Origin: Dicyema japonicum
Lineage: Eukaryota > Animalia > Dicyemida
Length of the DNA: 64,000 nt
Assembly (NCBI GenBank): GCA_011109175.1
Contig: RDEW01000008.1
Span: 5,228 to 69,227, forward strand
Direction: 5' to 3'
Shown in pieces: positions 50,018 through 63,890 of the stretch. Within the stretch, counting starts at the first letter, position 1, and each line of letters begins with the position of its first letter. The position numbers and the translations under genes were made by a program. Under the pieces are notes generated by a model that searched no databases, had not been told where the DNA came from, and saw only the letters and a program-made list of their open reading frames with translations.

Positions 50018-51059
50018 AATACTCTCTGCAATTGGCAAATATAGTGCATTTAAAAAAATCAGTTAGAACTCAGAGTAGCTCTTAAAAAGAATCCCAAATA
50101 TAGAGTCTCTGCTTAACCTCCATCAAAGTTATTGGTCCTTTAATAAAAATGCTAATTAGAACACTGGGGTGATAAATTATCGATGGGGGCAAAATTTTTT
50201 TAATATGAGCGATAAAAAAGGTTGAAAATTACTGAGATAGAGCATCAGATCAGCACGAAAAATCCAAAAAATGTCCATGGCGTATCATGCTTGCAATAAA
50301 AATTATTACAAAAATATTATCCACAAAACGTATTTTAAATGTAAACTAAACTGTTATAAAGAAACATGCTATTTGTTGTAAAAAAAGTTATTAAAACATG
50401 CTAATTCAATCGCATACTGCAAAAAACTAAATATGGTTTTTTAGTTATTCCCAGCCAACAAATAAATGAATATATTTTTAATAATCTAATTCTCTGACAA
50501 GGATACAAACAAGAATATTTCATTCGGACTAAATGATCTTGCTAAAGGATGATGGCCAATTTTTGGGAATAGACAAAGACGTCGTTCATTTTATGAACAA
50601 AAAACAAAATTTAAGCAAAAAACCGAGTTTTATTTTTTTACGGAAAACACAATTGAATCAAAATTACTAATCGCTTCTAGACATTTCTTTTCTTAGAATA
50701 GAGTCACTGACTTGAAACTCATCCGTTTCCTCCTCAACAGGGTTTTCTGGAACGTCATCGAACTGATTTGCTAATTCTACCAAGTGATTGGTTGCTGTAG
50801 AAAATCTTTCTCGATTGTGCTCCCCATAATTACACTCAACCAACAGGCTCTCCAAAGTCTTCTTGAGAACGACGTATTGAATGTAGTTCTAGCTGTTACA
50901 TCGGCACCCAAATAAGATTAATAAGCCTTCGAAACGACACCGTCCCACATTAGAACAATATGTATGACTTTAAAGAAAAAGATCAAGCTCTCCAACCAAA
51001 AATCTTACTTACAACTTTTCTACTTCAATGTGCTTCAATAATCTTTGAGAAGTAATTCC

Positions 51060-52600
51060 AACTTCAATAAGGTACGATGCCACAATTGGAGATCGTTCAA
51101 AGAAACATACAATTCATTACGTAAAGCGTTACCCGCTTTAAAACATTTGGGCTTGGACATCAATGTTAACAAATCAGAGCTAATAAATGTCTCATATCCA
51201 TACACCGACTTCCTCTCTATCAAGGAGTCTTTTGACGAACTGCTTCCTGGGATCCCGACTGTGCCAGTTGATAAATTATATTTCCTCGGATGCCCACTCA
51301 GCGAAGAAGAACTCAAGAACCATCTACTTTCCAAAAATGAAGAATTAACACGCCTTGCGAAAAGATTGTCATGTCTCGACTCTCACACATCTTTCTTCCT
51401 GATGAGAAACAACATCGGACTACCCAAGCTTTTATATCTACTCCGATGTTCACCCTGCTACGAACAATATGACATTCTACTTTCAATAGACAAATCTCTC
51501 AAGCAAACTGTTGAGTCACTAATTAACGTCCGCTTCGACGAACTTGGTTGGAAACAATGTAAGCTTCCCTCTGGATTTGGGGGTGTCGGAATAAGATCGG
51601 CGCTGGAGGTTGCGTACCCGGCATATCTATCGTCTCTCTCAAGCTGCAGCCATTTGACACGGCAAGTCCTTCATAACACATTGGACTTCGCTGGAATGAG
51701 TCATTTGACGAAGCTTGTCGGAAATGGAACGGGTCCGGACTCAAAATCCCGAAGACACAACGAAGCAAAGTAATTGGGATGACATTGTCTGCTCCAAAAT
51801 TTTGGAAGACCTTAAAAAGAAGCAAATCAACATCGTCTGGCTTGTTTGGTGTCAGCTTCAAGTAGAGGGAGTGGAGCATGGCTTGGTGCAATACCTTGCC
51901 CAAACCTCGGGACCTTTTTGGACGACGATTCTTTGAGGATTGGAATCGGACAAAGGCTGGGACTAGACGTTTGCCAGGAGCACCGATGCCGATGCGGGAA
52001 AACAGTCGATGCGAAAGGATTGCACCCGCTGTCCTGCAGAAGAAGCGCCGGAAGGGGACCACGTCATGCTGCTCTGAATGATGTGATCGTCAGAGCTCTG
52101 AAGGCTTCAGGCTTCCCAGCACAGCTTGAACCAGTGGGTCTTGATCGAGGAGATGGGAAGAGACCTGACGGGATGACCCTTTTCCCCTTCACGTCTGGAA
52201 GATCTTTGGTCTGGGACGCAACTTGCATAGACACGTTCTCAAGCACGAACATTTTTAAATCGTTCAGACACCTGGAGCAGCTGCTTCGACTGCGGAAAAC
52301 CTAAAAATCAAGAAATATTCTTGCCTCGGGGATCGCTACCGATTTACTCCTGTTGCGACCGAATCATCGGGAGCCGTTGGTCCAATGACGGCTGAATTCT
52401 TGCAAGAACTAGGAGGATTGCTTGCCAGAAAGAAAAGGGATCAACGAGAAGGGTTATGGCTAAGACAAAAGATTGGAATAGCCATACTCCGAGGGAACTC
52501 GTTCGCAATCCACGCAGCAGGCTTCCTCAACTGATATTTGTTTAATTGTTAAAAAAATTTTTAAAAAAAAAAAAAAAAAACATAACTTAAAAAAAAAAAA
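51060..52600 (+). mobile_element. CRE-like retrotransposon, 5'-truncated, poly(A) tail
   Basis: LGLDINVNKSELI, PKLLYLLRC, QCKLPSGFGGVGIR, GSGAWL, CRCG..H..SC and KRPDG motifs, with frameshifts. Confidence 0.92.
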
Positions 52601-54049
52601 ATAAGTACAATTTCATTCTACGCCTCATCGTGGACAACAATATCAGGTTTATTGAACGTCACACGAATATACGGAAATTTAAGTAACAATCATACTCTTT
52701 AAATTTATGACTTACTTTTTATCGCATTTAAATGATATGTTTATTTTATTCTGTTCAAAAAATGATTTACGTGAAATTTTCTCTGCTAATAATTTTTACC
52801 AATAAAATGATATATTTATGAAATTGACCAAATGGGATAGGATGTTAGACTGCATAAGTTACTTTCCGCAGGCTGTGGAGGAACTGTGCTGTTAATTGAT
52901 GATTATTTATTTATTTAATAACCCCGAAAAGGGAACACCAAGAAAGAATTGATGATAATTCTTCAATTTAATCTTTGATGTTAATTGTATGTCGTGCAGT
53001 GGAGGGGTGAAGTGTGAGAGAGGTTCAATGCTCTTTCACAATCAATGGGGTCATTCTTTGAATGGGTACCTGGAGCTACATTGACTGGACTTTTTCTTCC
53101 CCTCCTCTGGTTATGATGGACATGCCCACTTAAAAGTGTTTGTCTCCCATTTTCTACAAACATGTGAACTGAATATTCTTAATACAACCGAATATGCTCA
53201 AGTTCGGTCGTATTTCATCCATGATGACTAAGGATGGATTTACATTAGATTATAAGCTAAGTATAGATTATAAAGGTAATACGTTCTATTTCGAAAATTC
53301 ATAACTTCTGATGTCTCCCAATATCAGCTGTACGATTATCACAACAACTGGAGTTATATTCGTAAATAGAAAAAACTGATCAGTTCTGTAACGCCGATTT
53401 GAATGCCGCGGCCATGACGTCATCAGTTTCTTCCATTTTTCTCTGTCGTTTCCAATGAGCTAGTTCATCCCATTGAGACCCTTCCAAATTTTTCATGAAT
53501 TAGGACGACTGGGAGAGTAAGTCATGGTCGTTTCCGGAAGAAAAAGGCTTCGGACGTTAAGTGTCATCCAAGCTCTTGTAATCACGTGTATGTTGCTTCT
53601 ATACATTCCAGAATGTCCTCATGAGGACATTCCTCTATCATTTGACATCTGCGAAATGAGTTTAACCTCCAAGTCCAAGACCGACTTAGCTAACGTACTT
53701 GAACTGTACTGCATCACTGATTTCTCTAATGAATCATAAGGGAGGACTTATTCTACTATCATCAAAACCGCAAAACTAATAAAGTTTATTCGAATTCCTT
53801 TACTGACCTCCCTAAATCTCTCATCCATAGAGCCGCATATACACAGTAACCACGTGGTTAGGCATTTATTACTTAACCCAGTAATAACCAAAATTTATTA
53901 AGAAAAGGACACAGCCATTAATCCCTGTTTCTCCCAACTGCCTACTCATCAAGAACTAAAGAAGACCGTGACCCAGACAAAAAAAGTTAAAAAAAGTAAG
54001 CAATGTAATGAAACAAATCAAGGAGTCCAAACAACATTATATAATAGTA

Positions 54050-55400
54050 GGAGGAATATCAATCGCCACGCGGGAATATCATGCTTTGGGTTTGTCTCAT
54101 CATCAAAGTAGTCCTCCCTCAAATCATCTATATTGTAACTCTACTGTCATTACATACATCACCTTCAAACTATCATCTCCCTTTTCAATCACTGACGATT
54201 CTGGGTTCTCAATGATAACGGATTCCATAAGTTTAGAATCTTCGGTATTTTCAGAAATTACGGAATCCGTTAACATAGAATTTACTTCTTTTCTCATGAC
54301 TAGAGATTCCGTGGGCTTAAGATCTTCTATGTGTACCACGGGCCTAGTATCTTCTCTATCCCTCACAGCAGAGGACTGGTCCACCTTGGAGTCCCATCGT
54401 TTTTCCGTTATTGCGAATTTTGTGGGTTTGCGGTATTCTCGGATTGATATGTTTTTACAAAATTGTTGAGTCGATTTTGAGACATGGCTAATCTAACCGT
54501 TCAGCCCTCTTTTGTCGTCTTTCATGACTTCTAAGAATAAAATCAATCAAGACAGTCTCATTCTCTCCATAATTAATTCCTCCCGTCTTCTCTCACTCTT
54601 CTTAGCCTTCTCTAATAAATTCTTTGCCAGAGTGTTCGTTCTCTAATTCTCCCATTTTCCCCTTAGCCGCCTTCAATAACCTTGATCTCCTCAGTATCGT
54701 CTTTACAGTACTTCTAACAGTCGAACCAACAACACGTTGTTTACTCAATAATATAAACGACACAAACATTAACAAACAAATCAGGAGAGTTTAGTGACTA
54801 TATATTAATAGAATAATTATTTCTCTGAGTATCCCCCAATAGTTGGTCCTCCTTTGGCAATATTAAGAGAATCCACGTAAGTTACGCTGATATTTAGTCC
54901 TTTTGTGGAGATATCAGGCACCCCCACATGGTCTGTGTATTCAGAGTTGGTATTAGGAAGTAACACATTGGGTTGTGTTGACATTCTGGCCTTCTTGGAG
55001 GATATTGGGAAGATCCACGTGGTCTGTAGTGATTGTTGGTCTCTCTTTAATAATATTGGAGGAATCCAAGTGGGTCGTATCACTGGGTGACTTAGGATAA
55101 TATAATCTACTGTTTACTGTGGGGATATTGGTTTTCTCGTCTAACAAATCATTAATACACCTCAAACCTACTGTTTGGGAGGGCAGTTAATTATTGGTGG
55201 ATTCAGAGAAGGGTTGTTCTATAGCCTTCTAGAATATCCCATACCTTCCAATTCCATAGGTTAAATTTCCCCATTGGAAAACTAAGAAACTACTTCTTTG
55301 GTAATGTTTGTATGAGATGATGGGTAAGGTTTGATTTTTGAAGGAATTCTGCTATTTTTATTCAACAGACCTGTTTTGGTGGAAAATTTTAAAACCGCAT
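54050..55400 (-). CDS. Possible unidentified spliced host gene (acidic/coiled-coil)
   Basis: Successive minus-strand ORF pieces with charged low-complexity sequence and no TE motifs. The exon structure is not resolved. Confidence 0.3.
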
Positions 55401-55890
55401 CCTTTACTAACTGAACTGGAAATTAATGAATATATTACTGGTGGAAATTTATTCTGTTATTCCGGAATTGAGAATATTGTTTCTTTCTGATCTATTCCTT
55501 GATTTTATTAGTCTAAATAGAGAATGTGCTTTACAAGTTTTTTGTGTTTTCGGTGATTTCATTACTTTTGCGAAACATGTGAAATATTGTATTTATTTTT
55601 TAGATAACTGCACAGAATCAGAATGTATTTGCTTAATTTCTCTATGAAAGAATGTATTTCTTTCAACTTCATTCTAATGTTATTATACCACACACCATTG
55701 GAAATTCCGCCATTATTTAAATTTTATTATTAAATTATTATTTTTATATTAGTTTTATATTAAAAAGAGATTTTTTGAAGGGAATATTAAATTATAACCA
55801 AAAAACAATGATTCGTATACTAAAATTTCTCAATTCCATACACTATCGAAATATCTACAATCATACAGAAATTTTGAGCCGATGCCATGT

Positions 55891-56028
55891 CCAATGAGAA
55901 GAGCTGTTCAGGATTCTCGACCCCGCCGGACTCGTCCTCTCTTTGTCGGTCTGGGATCACTTTGTTAGATGAGAACTTTTATTTCTTTCTCTTTGACCCA
56001 GTGATCCGGGAATAATAATGATAATAAT
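55891..56028 (+). mobile_element. SINE-like element, full-length copy
   Basis: Same sequence as 48334-48466 in sense orientation, with an AATAATAATGATAATAAT tail. No TSD found. Confidence 0.85.
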
Positions 56029-56144
56029 TTCTCGTTGAATAATAAGTGAATTCTCGCTTTTTTTGACAAGTCCCACAAGCTCATTAGCATATCATTAATA
56101 TCAAAAGGATCATTTTTATTATTATCTCATTTTTTGTCTACGTG

Positions 56145-56820
56145 AAGAACAAAATGGGAGCGGAGCGTGGCTGGTTCCTCCCTTGGGACCCATTTTGGAC
56201 GATGACTGTATTCGGGTTGGGATCGCACAGCGCCTGAGAGCTGATGTTTGCTTCGAATACCAATGTCGTTGTGGAGGGAAAGTCGATGACAAAGGGCTGC
56301 ATTTGCTTTCGTGAAAATGCAGTGCGGGCAGAGCACCCCGCCAAGCTGCTATGAACAACATTGTCATGCGTGCTCTTGTAGCTGCAGGCTTCCCGGCCGT
56401 GCTGGAGCCCGTAAGATTAAACCGCGGAGACGAGAAAAGATCGGATGGGCTAACTGTTTTTCAGCTCACTGAGGAAAATCGCATGTACGGGACTGCACTG
56501 TTTTGGATTCTTTCTCGAACTCGATGATACTCAGCTCGGCGCAGTCTGCTGGATCGGCAGCCGATCTGGCCGAGAAAATCAAATTAAAAAATATGGCGAA
56601 ATTAGAAACCGTTTTCGTTTTGTACCGGTGGCAATCAAGATGTCTGGTGCTGCGTGAAGTATCACAGCCTCTTTCCTGAAGGAAATCTGGGGGAACTTGA
56701 CCAACCGTAAAAAAGACGTGCGGGAAGCGGTCAGGCTAAGGCAACGAATTGGGATTGCAGTTGTCCGCGGAAAATCTTACTCCTTAATGTCAGCAGCCGC
56801 TCTTTCCTATTAATAAATAA
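56145..56820 (+). mobile_element. CRE-like 3' fragment (another subfamily)
   Basis: GSGAWL, LDDDCIRVGIAQRL, CRCG..DDKGLH and LEPV...GDEKRSDG. Confidence 0.88.
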
Positions 56821-57714
56821 AAAATTAGTTATTTAAAAAACACGCAAAATATACAATTCGATTTATAAACCCCAGACAACCAGGATCGGTGTCTGCGCCT
56901 AGCTTTCTCTTGGAATATTTATAATTATTTATCATTGGTGGGTGGTCACAGTCGGTTATTATTTATTTACTCCCGGTCCTTTCGAATGAAAAACCCGTGG
57001 CTAACAAAACCGTCACACCCAAGAGCGGACGCTCCCAGAGATCCGACACGTGCGTTTGATTTACGAATTAAGTAAATGACACAACCAACAACGAATACAA
57101 GAGAAAGTATTTGTGACAGCATTAAACTCCAGAGTGATTGGGATAATTAACTGACTTTGTGTTCACCGTCCGAAAGTAAAAAACGGCCAAGGATAAAGTC
57201 AAAACAGTGTTGACTAGCTGGAGAATCTAAAAAATAAAAAATCGACTCACCCAGTAGAAAAACAGTATGGTGTGTATCGCGTACACCAGAATCACAAGGG
57301 TAATGATCAGTACGGCCGTATCAAACCCGAAGAATACGAAAAATATAGTTGTTTTCTAGATTTATACTATGAGAACTGTGATTGCTAGTATCCGCTCCTT
57401 CCTTCTATCAAATTCAAACTCCTGGGTGATCACAAGGACGGTCATTGTCACAAACCGGAGTGATGTGAAGGCAAAAATAAATAGATTGGTAGCTGATATT
57501 TTGTAAAAAATAATGATGATTAATGACTCGAGAATTATGTTGATAATCTTAAAGTTAGTAATGCAATACGAGAGATATGAATTGGAAGATGTTCGAAAAT
57601 GATTTCTGATTATTTTCGTTTGTTCTCATTTAAATATCTGGAACAATATTTATTCGAAATATTTTATTGTATGTTTTATAAAAATAATTTAATTTAAATA
57701 TTAATTATAATTTA

Positions 57715-58528
57715 TTTAAAAATTTAAAAGACTCGACTGTTGACATTGCATCATCTTCGGGATGGCTTGCAAGACGGAATAATAGTCCAAGAGCCGAAGC
57801 TTTGTATTGCTTTTTACAAGTCCGAAATTTGTTTTTGTAGAAAAAGGATCGAATTGCAACCATTGTAAATCTGCCAAAAAACAGTCGATCATTTGGCAAC
57901 GAGATGCAATAGGATGTTAAATATTGATTACATGAGGTGGTGAGGTGTCCTCGTTTAAACCTGTGTCGTAAATATGGAATTACATATTCAAAGAAACTGA
58001 AGACTCGCTCAGTCCAATCAATAGTCTCAACTGAGAATGTCGAGATCCGAGTTCATACGACGCTAATGACGGATGTCAAAGTACAGCATAACAAGCCGGA
58101 CATATTTGTTTTTGATAAAAGGACAAGTGAGATTACTTTAGTAGAGGTTGGAGTCACTTCTCAGGGATGCTGAAAATGGTTGAGGTAGAAAAACTTCACG
58201 AATACGACCTCCACGCTGGAGAGTTGTCTCAACTATACAATGCGAAAGTTAAAATTATTCCTATCGTTTTGATTTGGGAGGGAATTGTAAGTTCTACAAG
58301 TCATATATGGATGTTTTGGATGTGGATATAATTCCGAGGGCATATACTCAATCTATTGTGTTAAAGAAAACTCTTGAAAGCATGTTAGTGGAGTATCGAC
58401 ATGAGATGAACTTTCAAGAGAGTGATGTTAGTGAGGTCATTCATTTCCTACAACAAAAGTCTCAAGAACAAGTTGAGGATGACGGAATCGTGTCTATAGA
58501 ACAACAATGCTGGAGTGAAGATGAGTAA
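57715..58528 (+). mobile_element. R2/NeSL-like REL retrotransposon C-terminal fragment
   Basis: CCHC knuckle CNHCKSAKK.VDHLATRC, then HNKPDIFVFD...LVEVG (PD-(D/E)xK). Confidence 0.88.
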
Positions 58529-59205
58529 TCGAAGTGGGCATTACCTCACAAGACCGACTAAAGCAAGTTGAGAATCTTCACAAATATGACTTTCTTGCAA
58601 ATGAACTTTCGCTGACTATGAATGCCAAGTGAAGATTATTCCAATGGTTCTGACATGGAATGGAGTTGTCTCAATATGCTTCAAGAATCATTGGATAAAT
58701 TTCTATTGAAGAATCAACGAGGACTTACATCCAATCGGTTGTGCTGAAGAGAACGCTCGAATGTATGCTCATTGAACATAAGCATAGGATGAAGGTATAC
58801 GATGAAGAGTACGCCTCTGCTATCTCCTGGCATGAAGAGTGAGGACATCCCACTGGAGTTTAACGAAGATATTTCGACTGAATCTGATGGGGAGTAACAG
58901 GGAGTTTATGGCACACTCTTCCTCTATTTATTCTGATTTGTTGGCAGGTCGAATCACTACCTGGGCGGAGGATTCTGTTCTGTGCCTTCACCTAATCATA
59001 AGAGGCGACAGTTGATCCACCTGTCTAAGGAGACGCCAGTGCCTGACTATCAACCAAAAAGGATCCCTTTCTTCCCTACTCCATTGGAGAGGTACCTAGA
59101 AGGGGGATATGGCTGGATGTGATGTTCGGAAAGGATGCGTCTCTGTTGGATTTGGATATACCTTAATTAGCTCTTACTTCTTTTCGGCATATCGGGGGGT
59201 TATTA
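58524..59205 (+). mobile_element. Second REL-element fragment plus 3' UTR
   Basis: VIEVGITSQDRLKQVE..HKYDFLANEL...KIIPMVLTWNG...SVVLKRTLE, followed by the UTR. Confidence 0.8.
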
Positions 59206-60999
59206 GTCCGAGACCAGTGATATCACTGGGAACATGGGTTGGACAAGGTTAACCTAAATACTGCGTTCATCCGGCAGTTTTTTTTGTTCAGAAATCACCT
59301 GAGTTTGTCGCTTTGTCCATGCTTTCGAAAAAACATGAACCACCATAAAGCTAAGGATCTTCCGCCAACTTGTGGAACATCCACGTGGTAGATCACATCC
59401 TATTAAATCGAGATATAAAATATTAGCATTTAAATTACCAAATCGATAAACTCTCGTGAAAGATTCATTTCACGTGGGACTTTGCCCTCATCAGTCCTTC
59501 TTTACGTATTACTGACTTTTCCACGTAACCCAACGGGACACCATGCACATCACTCACACGTATTTTGTCATTAATTTTTGAAGGCTTGATGGAATCGTTA
59601 CCTTTTTTATATTATACCAGGATCAAGGAAAAGGAAAAAATTCTAAGTTATGCCAGATCGGCAAAAAAGTCCTCGGCGGACCCATAGTCGTAGCTTAGAC
59701 TCTTCTTCAGTGTTCTATTCTTCGTGATACTTTGCAATGTAGGAGTCGAGGGTTATACTTTCCTTCAGGGAGTTCTACGTCCTTTTCTCCACGAGTTCTT
59801 CAATCGGCATTGGTAGTTGGCAGATGCGGCAGATTCCAGAGGGTTACTCTACTTAAATGTTCATCAATGGGGTCAGTGTAAATGAACAGATCTATGACAT
59901 CTCCCGCACAGTGTTATAGACCGTGAAGACAAATGGAATCTATGGAAGAAATCCCCCATTGAAGCAAAGCGAATCAATAACTCCTCTCTAGCCACATACG
60001 TCTCCCACAACTGACCCTCAAAAGATCTTTTTTTAGTCTCAGCGGATATCGAAAAGCATTAAACTCAGTTTCACAGATGATCCTAACAGTATTCATCCCA
60101 ATCTCAAGTCATTGGTGACAAATTTTATCATGATACGTGACATTAAATATTCGAAAGTCAAAATAGCACATTACCTGGAGATAAAGCGGAGATTGGGGAT
60201 ATTTGAATTCAAAGTAACGAATCAACTTTGTTGCAAAAATTGTAACTCCACAGCCTTTCCGTAAATTCTATTTAGAATTAGAAGCGGGCACGTGGGTCGG
60301 AGGATAAAAAATATCAGTTGAATAAGGGAGATCAAAATATTATTTTCCGAATCACAACAAACACGTCACTATTTTAACACTGAACGACTGATAAACCACG
60401 CTTCCATTGGAGGTCTTCGTCACAACGACCGGGAGAAAGATTCCTGGCAACCTACAGAATGGAGGAACTCCAGAAGTGAAGCAGTTCTTCATGGCCACGT
60501 TAGCTGAGGTTTCGAATTCAAAGACCCTTCGAATTTTGGTACCCCAATTCAATGGTTGATTCTCCAATAGCGAGATCAGTGTTTTAGAAGCGTTGTTTCC
60601 AAGGCCGTTGGAGTGGGACTTATCACCTATTGTGTGGAAAAACTCCATTTCAGGGTAGAAAAGAAGAGACCTCTTTCCTTCTCCTTAGCACCAAGTCCGC
60701 CTATCTTAGTCATCCCCCAATCGTATTTCTGTTAACCTCTCATTTTTAGGGGTTTCGAATACGATGGGTGAAGCTGAAACGACCTCCAAGGACATACCAA
60801 GATTTTCGTCACTTTCTACTGAGCAGTTGTCCCTATACTGTTCCTTACAGAAAATTTCCAAATCTCCGCGAATCTCCGTTTTATGGAATAATTAACCCTA
60901 CTTTATTTAACTAACAATAAAAAGTTAATATTTAATAATCAACAACCTTCCTCGTCTGCCTGTTCGCCGTCTCCTCTGACAGGCTAGATTCTGTTGCTG

Positions 61000-61597
61000 A
61001 AACAACTCCGAAAGCGCCTTGTCCAATTGAAACCTCTGCCCATATGGCATCTCCAAGCTCTGTCTCCTATACTCCAGTGTTAGGCTTTAGGGTCCGCTTT
61101 AATATAGTGGACTGTAGATAAACCTGGAGCTTCATATCTACCCCCAACTGCTTCAGATAACTCATGTAATACTTTGTTACAATTCCTTTCCACGTCATTA
61201 CTATTGGAATAACGAGGACCTTGCAACTAAGCATGTGACCCATCTTGTTTGCAAGCATGTCATACTTCCTTTTTTCCTCCACCTCCACAGTCTGCAAACG
61301 GTCTTGAGACGTAATGCCAACCTCTATGGTAAGGACTTGGCCAGACTTCTTATCGTGTACCACAATGTCCGTTTTATTGTGCTTGACTAGCACCGAGGTA
61401 CGGATAACACGGTCACCTTAATTTGTACCCTGGTGTTTTCTACTACAGATTGCACCTTATGAGTCCGCAACTTTCTGGTGTGGCGAATACCATACTTATT
61501 GCATAGTAGAAGATGAATACTCCTTACTACCTCGTTATGTTTCCACACATAGTCGTCGCAGAGCATGGATCCGCACCGAGTGGCTAAATGATTCAAA
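61000..61597 (-). mobile_element. R2/NeSL-like REL retrotransposon C-terminal fragment
   Basis: HLATRC..YVWKHNEVV, HNKTDIVV...IEVGITSQDRL...KRKYDMLA. Confidence 0.88.
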
Positions 61598-63216
61598 AAA
61601 TATATTTATCTTTTAATGATTAGAAAGTGACGTTAATGGTCGGGAAACCATATAATAGTGTGGAGGTAGAGATTTAGGGGTGTTTCGGAAATGCTTATTT
61701 GTCAATATAATTTAATGTCATGGCTTATTTGTTTACTGTATATATCCACAAGATTGAGGAAGCCTTCGTTTTCCTTCTTATCGGACACGGGAGACATGGA
61801 CACGGAAATAAAGAAGGTTCGAATCCACAATTACGAAGAGTTTTAGGTGTGCCTAAAAAGATTCAGTCTTACTGCTTGGGTTTTACCAGCCCTGAAGGAG
61901 GTAAAGCGAAAATACTGTCACTTTGTGGGAGATAGTGTAAACTTGCTATAAGATTGATATAGAGGGTTCATCGATTGGTGGAAATAAAATATGTTTAGTC
62001 TGTTGAACATCTTGTTGCCATGGGCATAAAGGGAGGACCTCGAAGGACGAATAAAAGTTCCTAAATCTAACCATCTGATTGAGGGTACTCAGTTCGAAGA
62101 AGATATGAAGATTAAATGAGGAAAATGGAGGTGTTGAACATTGAAATATTTTAAATTTTTTATTAAATAAAAAATTAATTAATAAATAATAATTTAGTAA
62201 AAAAAGAATTTTTAAATGGTGGAACCAGAACAGCTTGAAAAACGTTTTGCCAGACTTCTTTACCTTAAGACATTCAAATGTTTACAAAACCTTTCAGTAT
62301 TCGAGCAACCCAAGTATATTTTCTAAGAATATATATTAACAGGTAAGAAGTGCTGGGAAAAGGGCTCAAATCTTGTTGTTCACATACCGACTGAAGGTTC
62401 CACGCATCTACGATGCTTTGGCTGACGTGTGACGCCATCATCAGTGAACACCTAACAATAATGGGGAGGATGAATTTTACTCCAAGCACCATGGTGAGTT
62501 TCATCAGATAGTCGATTGAGAGGTTGAATTAATCCTTTAAATGTGTAGAAAAAATTAAAAAGCACTCCCGAGAAAACATAAAATTAGTTAAGTTTCCCTT
62601 GTGCCGTATTCCGAATCATCCTCTCCGTCAGCTCCGACCATGATCTTCCGTTGCTCATTTGTTTTCTAGGTAGTCCATGTGTCCGCCATTTCCATAATAA
62701 TGTCAGATGCTGCCCACACTATTGCAACACAGCGAATCAGATCCTGATGGACTGAAAATCCGAAACCATAATGTCGACAGACCAGTGGAGGGTAGATAGG
62801 TGGAATCTGCCAAACAGTTCTGTTGATTGTACGGTCGTTTTTGTCTCTTGCAACAGCAGATAAAGATGTCATATTTTATTATATCGCATGCCAGTTGGTG
62901 TTTCTGTAAGGTAGTTTAAGTCCTCTGCAATTACAAGATCCCAGAGTGAACGAAGTCGGTAAGGAATACGATTAAGACATAATGCAATAGAGGCGTCGTC
63001 ACCACTTCAACCAAAAATAAATGTGTAGAGAAAATAAAGCATATAATTCGTTAGTAAATAAGACTCACGGATGTCGGTTATTTCTTTAGTGATGTCTCAA
63101 ATCTCCAATATTACAAAATTTCTTAATTTGACGATTAAATAATGAAATACTAATTTAGTAAAATAAATGTACGTTTTAAAGTTGTTAATAATTACTATTT
63201 CGTGAATTTTAACAAA

Positions 63217-63890
63217 ATGCCTGAAAGTAAAACAGTTCTTTCTAGAAAAGAAAAGACTTTAATGAAAAAGCAAGAAACTCTAAGGAGAAAACAGAGACAT
63301 TGGAGAACAAGGAGAACGAGAAACTAGAAAAACTCCGACTAAGTCTGGCTCAGCAGGAATATGAAGAAATAGCTACTTTGAAGAAGAAATATTTGGAATC
63401 TGAATTGGAAAAGATTAGAGACTCCATGATGTTCAGGAGCCCTTACGTCCCCATCAATACCGAACCATACGTCCCCAAATATAAAAGGCTGGAGGATGTT
63501 GATATCGAAAAGGAACTCATAGACTCGAATACCATTCGTAAGAGCAATTCGAAGACCATAAAGAAACTATACGACACTATAAAGAGAAAGGTGAAACCAG
63601 GCAAGCCATCGAGTTTTGACGCCATGACGATGATTGCTACTCTTAAAAAAAACAAGAAGAAAAAAGACGAAACTGAAATTGAAAATCAAAAAGAAATGCC
63701 CATTGAAGAGCCCCTTGAATTCCTCTTGAAGAGATTATTGATCTGCCTTATGAAGAGTCTCATGATGAGCTTCGTGAAGTGTTTCTAACCACTGAGAAGG
63801 CTCCGTCGGAAGAAATTGACTTTGAGGGAGTGGAAGACAAAATTTACTTTTGGAAGTACTTTGGAGCCATTTCAAAATACTCCGGCTAGT
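63217..63890 (+). CDS. Unidentified charged/coiled-coil protein gene with apparent 1-nt frameshifts
   Basis: The ATG at 63217 opens a K/E-rich frame that continues in the 63300 ORF and again in a third frame (IPLEEIIDLPYEE...). No family recognised. Confidence 0.45.

Noticed and set aside
55891-55960. Resemblance of the SINE head to U4 snRNA (CCAATGAG, CCCCGCCG)
   Set aside because: The spacing differs, and there is no kink-turn partner strand and no Sm site.
59650-59950. Bromodomain-like phrase (YGSAEDFFADL) on the minus strand
   Set aside because: The flanking bromodomain motifs cannot be recovered in any consistent frame.
61816-61826. Perfect GGTTCGAATCC B-box suggesting a tRNA gene
   Set aside because: The T-stem pairs only 2 bp, and no acceptor, D or anticodon stems are found upstream.
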